Below, in pieces: positions 52,506 to 64,000 of a stretch of 64,000 nt of DNA. Below the pieces are notes generated by a model that made no database searches, had not been told where the DNA came from, and was given only the letters and a program-made list of their open reading frames with translations. Location: contig NW_024704743.1 of NCBI RefSeq assembly GCF_018977255.1, positions 51,152,001 to 51,216,000 on the forward strand, read 5' to 3'. Source of the stretch: Callorhinchus milii (lineage: Eukaryota). Every line of letters begins with the position of its first letter. Positions within the stretch are counted from its first letter, which is position 1. The translations under genes and the position numbers were made by a program.

Positions 52506-53134
52506 CATAAGCCACATGGGTGGCTGGACAGGAGAAATCAGTATGGTAAGCTGGGCCACTCTTTTGAGGTTGACTTTGCACTCCATCACTCCATTCTATA
52601 TTGTTAACGTTTCTCTCTTTGTTGAACAAAGAAAAGCATAAAATAGATAAATATAATAAAAATTGTTCCATTTCCAAAACAATAATCAATAATTCATAGA
52701 AAAGATAATTCACTTAATAACCTTCATCCTGCATCAGAAATAAATTAAGAGGGACTTCTGGTGACTTAGATGGGACTCACTTAGGTAAAAAGGCAAAAAT
52801 TATGTTCAATGTTATTATACTCCTTCAATCTGAGGTAAATATAATGATCAGATGCTTAAGAGAAAATGAATGACAATCATGGGTGAAAATGATTTTGATA
52901 ATGCACCTGTTTCCAGCTGAATCCAAACATCAGAATTAAAAACACAATCGTAATGTAGAGCCATAGAAAGTTACTGATCAGGCCAGGCTATTCAACACAT
53001 CAATTGTGCTGGTGTTTTTCTTCACTTAAACCAATCTAATCCTGCCTTCCTGCACACTCCCTATAGGGTTTATTGTACCTTTTTTTGAAGCATTTATCTA
53101 ATTCTCTTTTCAAGGGAGTTAAGATGTTTACAGA

Positions 53135-53665
53135 GTTTCTGGTTTACACCACAGCTTCGGTCACTGAGGCATAAGGATGTTGTCCAGACCCTAGAGGCAG
53201 TTCAGAGGAAAGCAGTGAGGATGAATCCTTTTGTTAGATGAATGCACTATGAGCAATGATTAGACAAGCTAACGGCTCTTCATTCTTGAAAGGAGATGTC
53301 TCAGAGGAGATCTTGTTGAGGCGTATAGGATTTTAAATGCAATTGTGAAAGTAACTCAGACAATACTTTCAAATGGACTGAGACAGCAGAACAAGAGGTC
53401 AGAGGTTTAGGTTGAAAATAGCAATTTCAGTACAAACACCAGAAAGTATATATTTACCCAGACTGTAATTAATGATTGGAACAGGATACCATTGGAAGGA
53501 ATTACCAGTTCCAATCGTTGATTCCCAGTTAGAGGGGTGATTTAAGCCAAGACACTGGATTTGAAGCTGTGGTGCGAGGATGTTAGGGTAGGTATTCTGA
53601 TAGGATGAGATCAGATGGACCAAACGGTCTTCTTCATCCAAATTTCTCTTGTGATTTTGTGATTT
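53135..53665 (+). mobile_element. CR1-clade LINE 3' fragment (distinct family)
   Basis: ctagaggcagttcagaggaaagc (LEAVQR), ttcattcttgaaaggagatgtctcagaggagatctt (RLRGDL-like), acaagaggtca (TRGH-like), and tail ttgtgattttgtgatt. Confidence 0.8.
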
Positions 53666-54289
53666 GATTCCAATATAATTAAATCTGAAGTTCTAATCTA
53701 ATTCTACCCTCCTTGAAGGGCTGGGGTGGGGTGGTGGTAAGCAGAGTCTTTTTGGAGCTAAACAGAGTTCACTCATTCTGCTGAGCCATGTTCGTCAGGC
53801 AATGTAACTAAACCTCCTCGTTGATAACATATTATATCCAGCTTTGATCTTTTGATGCATCCGTACATCCGTGTTTATGTTGTCATCCTGCAGAAAGATT
53901 AATTCTGAGCTGGGTGCTCAGTATTTATGTACAGTTTAATGGAACACTAAAAATACAGTTGATTCCATTCTTCTCCCATCTTAAAAGTATATTCAAATCT
54001 TGTTTGAAGTGTGTGCTTTTGTTTCTTTAGAACAGTCAGCATTCCCATCTAGAGCCAAAGACGTTCTTTAGAAGAGAACCAAAACTGTCACATCTGTGTC
54101 TCTCTGATTATCACAGAAAGACTAAGAAGTTCTCTAAACCATTGAATGCACACAGCTTTAAGTAAGAAAGGGGTTTTTGAAAGAAAAACATAAAACACAA
54201 ATCTTGTCAGCAAGGCAAGTTCTTTAGTATATCTGCTCTCATATCATTTTGGATGTTTAATACTCACAGTCCTGTTATTTTGTTATCCT

Positions 54290-54397
54290 CACAAAATATA
54301 CAGTCAATTCACTTTACAGTATATTCTGTGAAGCGCTTTGAGACATTACGAAGACGTGATAAGGTACTATATCAAATGCAAAGGTTATTATTATTAT
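54290..54397 (+). mobile_element. Isolated 3' tail of the tRNA-Ala SINE
   Basis: cacaaaatatacagtcaattcactttacag...atatcaaatgcaaaggttattatt. Confidence 0.8.
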
Positions 54398-54429
54398 CCT
54401 CAAATAGTTCCAAACTACAGGATTATTGC

Positions 54430-54837
54430 TGGGATTATTCTCCTTGGAGGAGAGAAGGCTAAGAGGAGACTTAATTGAAGTTTTCAAAATTATGAGGGGA
54501 TTCAATTGGGTGAACAAGGAGAAACTATTTCCAATGGCAGGTGGGTTCGTAACCTGAGGACACCAATTTAAAGTAGTTATTGAAAGAACCAGAGGGAAGG
54601 TGAGGAGGAATTTTTTCACACAGCGAGTTGTTTGGATCTGGAATGCATTGCCTCAAAGGGTGGTGGAAGCCAATTTGATAACTTTTAAGAGAGAAGTAGA
54701 TAATTATTTGGAGAGGACAAGTTTGCAGGGGAGAGTGCGGGGGAGTGAGATCGATTCGGGTAGCTCTTTTCAAAGAGCTATCAGACAAGATGGGCCGAAT
54801 AATCTCCTTCTGTACTATATAATTCTATGATTCTATG
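54430..54837 (+). mobile_element. CR1 LINE 3' end
   Basis: GLFSLEERRLRGDLIEVFKIMRG...RRNFFTQRVVWIWNALP, with tail attctatgattctatg. Confidence 0.92.
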
Positions 54838-54884
54838 TTTCAGTGGTTCTAAAATCTATTGACCTTAGCATCCTAAAAACAGTT

Positions 54885-55348
54885 ATAATAATAATTATTA
54901 TCCTTGCATTTGATATAGTGCCTTATCATTGAGACATCTCAAAATACTTCACAGAATATATTGTAAAGTGGATTACACTTTATTTTGCGTGCAAAATCTG
55001 GGACTTTGCTGTGCACAGCCAATTGAGCACAGCAGAGTCCCACAAAGATTCATGAATTGAGTGCAACATTTTTTTTTGGAGGGATTATTACCCCTGGAAA
55101 GCGATACCCGAATCGCAGAAAGACTAACAAGTTCTCTAAACCATTGAAAGCACACAGTTTTAAGTAAGAAAGGTTTTCTTTTCAAGAAAGACATAAAACA
55201 CAAATCTTGTCAGAAAGGCAAGACTGCTAGTTAACCAGAGGGCTATTGAATAAGGAAACTTACCCAACGTTTCGGCCTGCTCGGGAAGTGAACCCAGATC
55301 CTCTTGGTTGTGAGGCAAGTGCTCTGACCACTATGCTACAGGCTCCAC
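54885..55348 (-). mobile_element. tRNA-Ala SINE, long subfamily, carrying a ~107-bp insert copied from nearby DNA
   Basis: SINE tail and head flank 55116-55222, which duplicates 54114-54219. Confidence 0.85.
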
Positions 55349-56791
55349 AGTTCCAGAAAAGGTTCACCTTTGTTCATATCACTGTGAATAATAATTCTTA
55401 CATCTAGCATATCGCCTTTCACGTCGTGAAGCCGTCCCAAACTGCTTTGAGGATATATTCTAAAAGGCAGGGACAGTGTGATTTGTGTGATTTGTGGGTG
55501 AACATAGCAGCCAATTTGTGCTCAGTAAGGTCGCACAAACAGCCATGAAGTGAATAATCACTATCATTTGGGGATTGTTGGCCAGGACAAGAGGAGAAAT
55601 TCTTTTCGCTTTTTGACTTTAGTTGCGATTATCTGTCTTAAATAGATACAGTAGGTCTTATAGAATATTTTACATCATAAAAGGCTGCCATTTGATCAAA
55701 CGCCTCAATCATTTTGCTCAATCTATCTGATTGGAAGCTATCTTCTGTGATCTTTCTCCTACTCTTTCTCCTTACTATTTGTCTCTTCTAAGCATTGCCA
55801 TGAGTCAGCTTCTACAGCCATTGTGTTAAATCATTCTCTATTTGTTCATGTGTATGTTGCGCTTAGATGAGCATATTCACTGTGTCCAGAGAATTAAGAT
55901 CAAAACCAGAACTTGTTGCTCCTGAGCTCGGTATCTGTTTATGTTCTAATGCAAATCTGTATCTTTCTGGAGATCTGTCCCCTAAAGAATCAAGTCATAG
56001 TTCAGAAGAATTTCACCCTCCTTCAGCAAACATGTGACTTTCAATTAGACAGTGCACACAACTTTGTTTAAATGATAGAAATGTTTCTTGCTTTATTGCT
56101 GAGTCTCTTTCGCTACAGTAACCTACAGCACTGTACTGTCTGTGATGCTGGAGCAAACACAGGTGCTTCTCTGTAGTTCTTTTGTTAGAGTGGAAGACAG
56201 AATACTTCACGGTGGAACTCTATCCTATGAAGATTAACACTGCATTCATCTATTTTCCCTTCTGCTCCCTTAAAGAAGGCTTGGAAAAACTTGTCTGAGA
56301 ACGTCATCTTTGGAGTTTGTCCCCTTTGGAGAGGAGACATCAAATCAATGGCTCACAGTTGCTGACATACTTCAAAGCTGGTACTATATCTTTAAGCTTC
56401 CATTTCCAGGTCTCATAGTCAGGTTCTGATAGACAGTCATTGTACTTTTAGCTTCTCTTGACTGGAAAGGTGACAGATAATTAAAAATGGCCAGCCAGGG
56501 ACAGATTGCAGAGTGGTCAAGCATACACCAGGTAGCTCCATCATCAAAGAGAAGCCAAATGTGATGAGAGAAGATATTCTGTCTAGGGAGAAAAAAACTT
56601 CTGGAAAGATTAATTTTTCTTCACTCATATATTCATATATCTTACAGATCTTTATTTTTCATGATTATTTTTAACCACATTCTCGCATGGGCCCCTCCAC
56701 TCAGCCAGTGTCAGGGGTCCATTCACAACATTGAGGACCAAATATATTGTCTCTCTCATTGTTCCTTTTTATATTTTTGCCATAATTTCTG

Positions 56792-57109
56792 ATAATAATA
56801 TAATAATAATAATCCTTGCATTTGACATAGCGCTTTTCACGTCGGGAGGACGTCCCAAAGCGCTTCACAGAACACACTGTAAAGTGAATTGACTATATTT
56901 GTGGGCGAATGCGGCAGCCAATTGCACACAGCAATGTCCCACAAACAGTCGTGGATTGAAAATGACCAATTTATTATTGTTTTTGGTTTTGGAGGGATTA
57001 TTACTAGGCGTGTGGAGTAAGGAAACTTGCCCAAGGTTTCGCCTGGAATTGAACTCAGGTCTCTCACTTGCAAAGCGAGTGCTCTAACCACTGAGCTACG
57101 GGACTCCAC
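56792..57109 (-). mobile_element. tRNA-Ala SINE, short young subfamily
   Basis: Full-length reverse-complement copy with a perfect 3' hairpin. Confidence 0.93.
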
Positions 57110-58276
57110 AAAGACTCCATAAGACTATCAACCTTCTTGTCAAATATATATAAATATATAATGTCACAACATTTGCTAATTATCAAAAAGAGATTCTTCC
57201 ACCAGTGTCTGATTTAAAAGTCACCGTTGAAAATCGATTGGGTAAAACATTAAAGAAGGAACTTGCATTTGTATTGCTCTTCTCATGTTGAAATGTCTCA
57301 AACTGCTTCACAAGTAATTATTGTCAAGTGTAGTGACTATTATTATAGGTAAACCCGGCAGCACTTTGCACTAGCAAGGTCCTGCAAACAGCCATGAGGT
57401 GAATGATCAATTAATCTGGAAGACTGATGTACTTTGATGAATTCCATTTATGTCAGGTGCTGAATAGTTTTATTTTTCAAGTGAGACTATCATCTGAGAA
57501 ACAAGCTTGAAGAGAAAGTATTGAGACTGACAGAATGAGGGAGTGAACCTGACGCAGAGTTAAAATGGCTAGATTGAACCAGCTTCCTGGGCTAATAATG
57601 ATTCTGTTTCCCAATGCAGATTACCCTGCCTTGCTCTGGTGGTCTCACTAATTCCTCTTTGCCGAGCTCAATACAAAATGGAAACAGAACTCTTGAGTTG
57701 AGACAAAAAAAATCAGAAAAGTTAACAGAAAAGCACAGACGAAACGAAACGGATGTTAAAATTAATATTTACATGTAATATGTAAGGCAAGCCAGATAAA
57801 GAGGTATCCTCATTAAAAAGGTAATTCCAATTTTTTGAAAGATTAATTTGGTTCTTTTGGAATTATCAGGGTGAAAAATGTGGTACATGACACCACACTT
57901 TCACCCCATTTTGTTTTTATTTATTATTAGCGTTCCAATTGAAGAACTAACATATCATGTCAGAAAATAAACTGCGAAGAATATTGGAAACAGGCAGCGC
58001 AAACCATAGATTTCACCCTGATGCTCAGATACAGACCAGAGTCGTTATGCTGATGCACAATGTTGTTTTTACTTACAATTTAATATTTGGGTAAAACTGA
58101 GAGTTGTGCCAGCCCTGCACTCAAGAGCACTTAAAACAATCTCACAAGCTTCGGTGACTTCAACAGCAGCATTTACATGATAAAATAACTCCATTTGGGG
58201 GCTCAGTAGGATAGGAGAATAAAATAAAGTGACACAAGGGTTCAGGTATACATCTTCATTAAATCCAAGTTATATT

Positions 58277-58592
58277 GTAGAGTCCCATAGCATAGTGGTT
58301 AGCTAGCTCGACTTGCAAGAGAGGACCCGGGTAGGGGAGTTAAGTACGTTTCCTTACTTCACGTGCCTCTGTTTACCTAGCAGTGAGTAAGAACCCGGTT
58401 GTTAATCAATTGGAGGATCACTTTCCGGGGGTGATGATCCCTCAAAAAAAATGTGGTCACTCAATCCACAACTGTTTGTGGGACACTGATGTGCGCAATT
58501 GTCTGCCATATTCTGTGTATTTCCCCCCACAAAATACACAGCCAATTCACTTTACAACGTGATAAGGTGTTATATCAAATGCAAGGATTATT
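58277..58592 (+). mobile_element. tRNA-Ala SINE, long subfamily, diverged
   Basis: gcctctgtttacctagcagtgagtaagaacccggttg...atatcaaatgcaaggattatt. Confidence 0.82.
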
Positions 58593-60527
58593 TTAATATC
58601 ATTGTATTTTAAGTGAAGTTTAAAAGCAAGAATATTCAAACAAAACAAGGGTATTTTTCTCTTATTGTTAGGCTTGCCATGAATCAATCTCTTGGAGCTG
58701 ATAACAACCCCCCACCCCCCACAATGTTTGCAGCATAACCTGCATTAAATTGAGGCAACACAATGCTTTTGAATGATAATGTGCAGCACCTGCCTTTGGC
58801 ACCACTGAAATCTGTTATACATCAGTGTTTAAATGCTTATTGCACATAAGACCTGTTCTGTCTCTGGAGCATCAGAAACTGCATTACTTTGAATTACAAA
58901 AATCAAAAGTTTATGCGAACCATTCCCCCACGAGGGTTCAGCATTTTTTTATGTCATAATCTCTCTATTATCCCCCACAAGCCTTATAACCATTAAGTTA
59001 TTGAAATTTTTCAACAGATGTCATTTTAAGATGAATGTTTGCACTCTGCTGTATGCCGCGAATGGAATTTTGGTGTAACTACTTTGATTTAAACTGTCAT
59101 AAGGTGAATTTTCAAGCTGTATAAATACAATGTCTGTTTTCTCCTTCTTAACCCTTAAATATCAGCCATTGTTAACATTTATAAGTTTCTGATTCCTTCA
59201 TACGCTAAGTGAGTCGGTGTGCATGTGCAGTGCGTGTATAATAAAAATTACTCAGTAATTTTCAAACAAGAATAACATAAACCAGTTTTCAGAAACGTAT
59301 TAAAATTTCTCTTGATGCTTGCTTGCAGAAGAGTTAGACTGAGGGAGTTGCAGACATTTGAAGGGAGTACAGACTGAAATGTTTTACTTCTGACATAGAG
59401 TCCTTAGTGCAGTGAGGTTTCATCTCTAATGGGATGCTGGGTCAGTTCCCCAGGGCTATTACAGAGACCTTTGAAACTTCAAAATATGATTCTTTTTCCT
59501 AAGAAGTGCCCAAAGCTGATTATTAACCAAGATTCATAAATTCTTTGGGTGACGTTTGAATTAGTTTCATAAATTCAATCCATGATGGAACACAGTTCCT
59601 CTGTCTCCCCCTCCCCCTTCCCCATAACAGTTTATTATAGAAAGGGAGGGTGCTGCAGTCAGAGTTGGATGATAAATAGACTGATTTCTCTAAATTCTGC
59701 AGGTCTGTCATCTGGGAGGCAAAACTCAAACCAGTGGGTGGGTAATAAAGGAAAATGCAGTGTTTATATCATTCACTGGCATCCACACTTCCTCAACCTT
59801 TTCTAATCCATCTTAGATACGGGTAGGTTCCATGTAAACAATCTGCGATTCTTGGTATCACCTTGACAGTTCATACCAGCAGCTATTTATATTGAAAACA
59901 AGTTGACTGGAGCTGTATAATTTATATTAATATCATTCCGTAATTTAATGTTTTCATCAGCCATTTCCAATTATGTCTTTACATGTCTGGAATAATATAA
60001 ATTACTGAAGAGATGAGCCAAGAAGACAGTGCTTTGTGAAGCCTTTAATCTTCATTTACATCCTGCGACTTACTCCACAATTAATGTAACTAATTAAGGT
60101 ATTGTGCCAGTGGAACTAGAAATGGATGACATGTTAACACTGATTCATGTATTTTATTGACATTTTACTCTGTAATTTCAACACTATTGACAGATTTACC
60201 AATTTAATCCCAGAAGACTACACAAAAAGGTGAGCTCTACATGTGAAAAAAGTGTTACTTTTGTCATTCCATAAAATATGCCTATTCACTAATGCTTGTG
60301 TGCTAACTGCCTAGTCTGACATTTTTCATCCATTCTTACGATTTGCATGTTCGTCTTTAAGGAATACCTTCAGAGCCGATGACCTCCATATTATTCTACA
60401 ATGTGCTGTCATTGTTAAGTGTCTTTATTGCTTTCTTTCTCCTGTGGGAAAAAGAAATCCGTGAAGACACTTAACAATGGGTCAAAGCGAACAGAACAAG
60501 GGGTAGCCATGGTCAAGCGATGCATTC

Positions 60528-60654
60528 CATAGGAACATAGGAATTAGGAGCAGGAGTAGGCCATTGAGCCCCTCGAGCCTGCCCCACCATTCAATAAGAT
60601 TATGGCTCATCTTCTAACCTAACTCCATCCCTGACCTATCCTCATATCCCTTAA
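60528..60654 (-). mobile_element. CR1 3' terminus
   Basis: cataggaacataggaa tail followed by ggagcaggagtaggccattgagcccctcgagcctg. Confidence 0.8.
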
Positions 60655-61102
60655 TTCAAGATCCTCATCCTCACCTACAAAGCCATTCACGGCCTTGTTC
60701 CCTCAACAACAACAAGATTCCATTTATAGAGCGCCTTTCACGTCGGGAGGATGTCCCAAGGCGCTGTACAGTTGGGTCAGGACCCGAGCAGGGGGGAAAT
60801 GGTCAGGGTGAGGGGAGGGAAGGGAGGGAGGGAGCGAGGAGGGGGTAGAGAGTCGTGCCTCTCCGACCTATTATCCTCCTACTTACCTGCCCATACCCTC
60901 CATTCCTCTGGCTCCGGTCTGCTCCACATCCCCCAACCGCCCTACCATCATTGGACGGGCCTTCAGCCTCTCAGCCCCTAGGCTCTGGAACTCCATCCCC
61001 CAGTGCCTTCGCCGCCTCCTCCCTTTCCTCCTTCAAGGCCGGTCTCAAGACCTTTCTCTTCGACCGTGCCTTCAGCTCCCCTCTCGACTCCCTGCTCCCC
61101 TC
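60655..61102. mobile_element. Rearranged L2 3' pieces (plus, minus, plus)
   Basis: Plus-strand L2 at 60655-60703 and 60856-61102, with a minus-strand L2 terminus at 60704-60855 between them. Confidence 0.8.
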
Positions 61103-61104
61103 TG

Positions 61105-62135
61105 AACACTAACACTATCTTGTCTCTCCCCCTCTAGAAAATGATCTGCTTTTCTGTTTTTACTACCTACGTGAATAACTTCACACTTCCCCACATTATA
61201 TTCCATCTGCCACCTTCTTGCCCACTCACCTAGCCTATCTATATCCCTTTGCAATCTTTTTGTATCATCCTCAGAGCTTACTCTCCCACCTATCTTAGTA
61301 TCATCCGCGAATTTAGATATTTTAAGTTATATGTCCTCATCTAGATCATTGATATAGAGTGTAAATAGTTGAGGCCCAAGCACTGATGCTTGTGGCACTC
61401 CACTAGTCACATCTTGCCAATCTGAGAAGGACCCGTTTATCCCTACTCTCTATTTTCTTCCCATTATTACTCTTCGATCCATGCTAATATATTGCCTTTA
61501 ATTCCGTGGGCCCTAATCTTGTGTAGCAGCATTTTATTTGGCACCTTGTCGAATGCTTTCTGAAAATCTAAATATACTACATCTACTGGTTCCCCCCTAT
61601 CTAACCTGCTAGTGGCATCCTCAAAAAATTGTAAAAGATTTGTTAAGCATGACTTCTCTTTTGTAAAGCCATGTTGACATTGTCTAATCATGTTATGGTC
61701 TTCTAAGTATCCCACGACGACGTCCCTAATTAAGGATTCTAGAATTTTCCCTACTACCGATGTCAGATTGACTGGTCTATAGTTCCCTATCTTCTCTTTC
61801 CCACCCTTCTTAAATAGTGGTGTTACGTTTGTGATCTTCCAATCAATGGGAACCGTTCCAGAATCCAGAGAATTTTGGAAGATCAAAAACAAGGCATCCA
61901 CTATCTCAGCAGCTACCTCTTTTAAAACCCCAGGATGCAGGCCATCAGGTCCAGGGGATTTGTCATTTTTCAATCCCAACAGTTTCCCTAGTACTAATTC
62001 TTTACTGATGTTAATTTTCCTAAATTGCTCACTAACATTAGCTTCTTGGTTCCCCTCTATTTTTGGTAAGCTTTCAGTATCTTCTAAAATGAAGACAGAA
62101 GCAAAGTATTTGTTTAATGACTCTCCCATATCTTT
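61105..62135 (-). mobile_element. CR1 ORF2 reverse-transcriptase fragment
   Basis: The 220-aa ORF contains KSPGPDGLHP...WKITNVTPLFKKG...NYRPVNLTSVVGKILE...QHGFTK...VYLDFQKAFDKVP. Downstream come KFADDTK (about 61300) and QRDIDRLGEWARRWQMEYNVGKC. Internal deletions. Confidence 0.95.
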
Positions 62136-62159
62136 AATATCATGTGCCTTTTGCTGGTC

Positions 62160-62483
62160 AATAATAATAAAAATAATCCTTGCATTTAATATAGCGCCTC
62201 ATCACATTTTGAGACATCTCAAAGCTCTTCGCAGAATATACTGTGAAGTGAATTAACTGTATATTTTGTGGTTCAAACTCGGCAGCCAATTGTACACAGC
62301 AGTTTCCCACAAACAGTTGTGAATTGAGTGACCAAATGATGATTGATCCGCCAATCAACTAACAACCAGGTCCCTACTTACTGCTAGGTAAACAGGGGCA
62401 TGTGCAGTAAGGAAACTTTCTCAACACCCAGCTCCTCTCGCTTGTGAAGAAAAAGCTCTAACCACTAAGCTACAGGACTCCAC
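62160..62483 (-). mobile_element. tRNA-Ala SINE, long subfamily
   Basis: gatccgccaatcaactaacaaccaggtccctacttactgctaggtaaacag, with the head ctctaaccactaagctacaggactccac. Confidence 0.88.
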
Positions 62484-62559
62484 AAATGTACCTGGATGGT
62501 TTGAATATCAGAGGCCTGAAATTTTAATTAGTCTTAACTTTTAAAATTATTTTAAAGTC

Positions 62560-62851
62560 ACATTTGTCCCCCGCCTTGCCCTCCCCACCATTGGCAGGAG
62601 GGGCTTCAACCATTCTGCCCCCACCTCTGGAATTCCATCCTGCAGTCCTCCTCCCTTGTCTTCTTCAAGACCCATCTCAAGATCTTCCTCTTCAACCTTG
62701 CCTTCAATCACCCTCCTTGCCCCCTGCCCACCACCCTCCCCGATCCCGACCCCCAGCTTGGGACTGAAACATTGATTGTCTAGCACCTTGGGATGTCCTC
62801 CCGATGTGAAAGGCACTGTACAAATATGATTTTGTTGTTTTTGTTTGTTTG
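62560..62851 (+). mobile_element. L2 3' fragment
   Basis: ccaccattggcaggagggc...agcaccttgggatgtcctcccgatgtgaaaggcact, then a GTT-rich tail. Confidence 0.85.
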
Positions 62852-64000
62852 TGCAGAATTTAGGAAGATTTTTTAATCCGTTTTTAGTTTTGATTAGGTT
62901 CGTTGTTACGAAATGAGAAAGTAGAGCTTCCAAATCAAGACTGAATGTAAGAATAAGAGATCTCTCTGTGCTTTCTTAATTTTCAAGGCTAAATAGCACT
63001 GAAACAAACAGACCTAATAATATATGTGGAGACCATTCATTTCACAGACTCTTCGGTAGCGGAGGTGAAAGAAAATTATACAAAAATGAGTGCTGTGGAA
63101 AATGTGTTCTATGTACTAAATTAGCCTCATCTTATACTCCGAGTATGATGTCAGCTTGCAATGGGAAACGCACATTGATACCGCTGCTTTAAACTTGTCA
63201 AGTTACTTCCACTTCTGTGACATCAAAGGATTGATATCACCTCCCTCTCCATTTCTAGATCTGCAGAATGTCAGCCACTGCGTGCTATCAGTGTCACATC
63301 ACATAATGACAGGGTTATCAATCCAAGAAAGTGCTTTTCCATGACATTAAGATATGCATGCCATCACTCACCATTTGAATGGCAACTTGATACCTCAAAG
63401 TTTGGCATGTGGGAAGACTAAATCATTTTTCTAAGCAAACGTCTAATTATCGATTAGAAGTCTCCAAAAAGTCTTGATATTTTGCGGAACAGAATCGGTG
63501 AATTAAGGACCAATTCAGAGATATCAGCAATTTATTTTAGAACTATGGGGAACACAACACATACTTAATTTTCTCCCTATTATTTATCTTCTGATTCCAG
63601 AGCCACAAAGTTCACATCTTATTGTTGAATGTGTGTAAAGATGATCAAACATCACCAGGTTCTTCATATATCAAATGCAAGAAGAATCCTCTGCCTCATG
63701 GAAATCCATATTGTGGGAGTTAGTCTGCTGACAATGTATATCACTCTTAAAATAAATTTGGCCTTTGCACACTTACTAACACCTACATTATTGCGATAGC
63801 TAGTACAAATAGAAGGCTAAAATATCCCTTTAGCATTTGTATCAGGCGCATGCACCTCTTCATTGATGCAAATTATCATTCAATTTGTGTTATTCTCAAC
63901 CATCCTAAATTCAATGCCAATGTTAGTGTATTTCATTCACCAAATTCAAGAAGAACTTTTAAATGCCTATAATGTCTATAATGTCAAAATGCTTCAGGTA

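Noticed and set aside
55900..56640. Balanced-composition stretch that could be a decayed coding sequence
   Set aside because: The frames examined are broken by stops and no recognisable homology was found by eye.
61467..62129. 220-aa RT ORF as an active or domesticated gene
   Set aside because: Truncated on both sides, lacking the endonuclease, and separated from the FADD motif by a deletion; an ordinary CR1 relic.

Overview
Vertebrate nuclear DNA, AT-rich and non-coding (intergenic or deep intronic). The repeat families point to a cartilaginous fish, possibly a chimaera; this is an inference. No host protein-coding exon can be supported. The ORFs with recognisable products are decayed retrotransposon fragments: L2 reverse transcriptase with YADD, CR1 reverse transcriptase, and a Tx1/L1 C-terminal zinc knuckle. 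The window holds about 14 copies of a tRNA-Ala-headed SINE in long and short subfamilies, older Deu-domain SINEs, many L2 and CR1 pieces, and a Tx1 insertion with an 18-bp TSD nested in CR1. It also has a 16/14-bp minisatellite and a decayed 28S rRNA fragment. The most interesting signal is a ~98-nt Penelope-type unit that begins with a minimal hammerhead ribozyme core. It occurs once alone, with an ~11-bp TSD, and once as an inverted pair inside a single 14-bp TSD that encloses a copy of the neighbouring minisatellite. Family names come from recalled consensus sequences and were not checked against a database; boundaries of old repeats are approximate.
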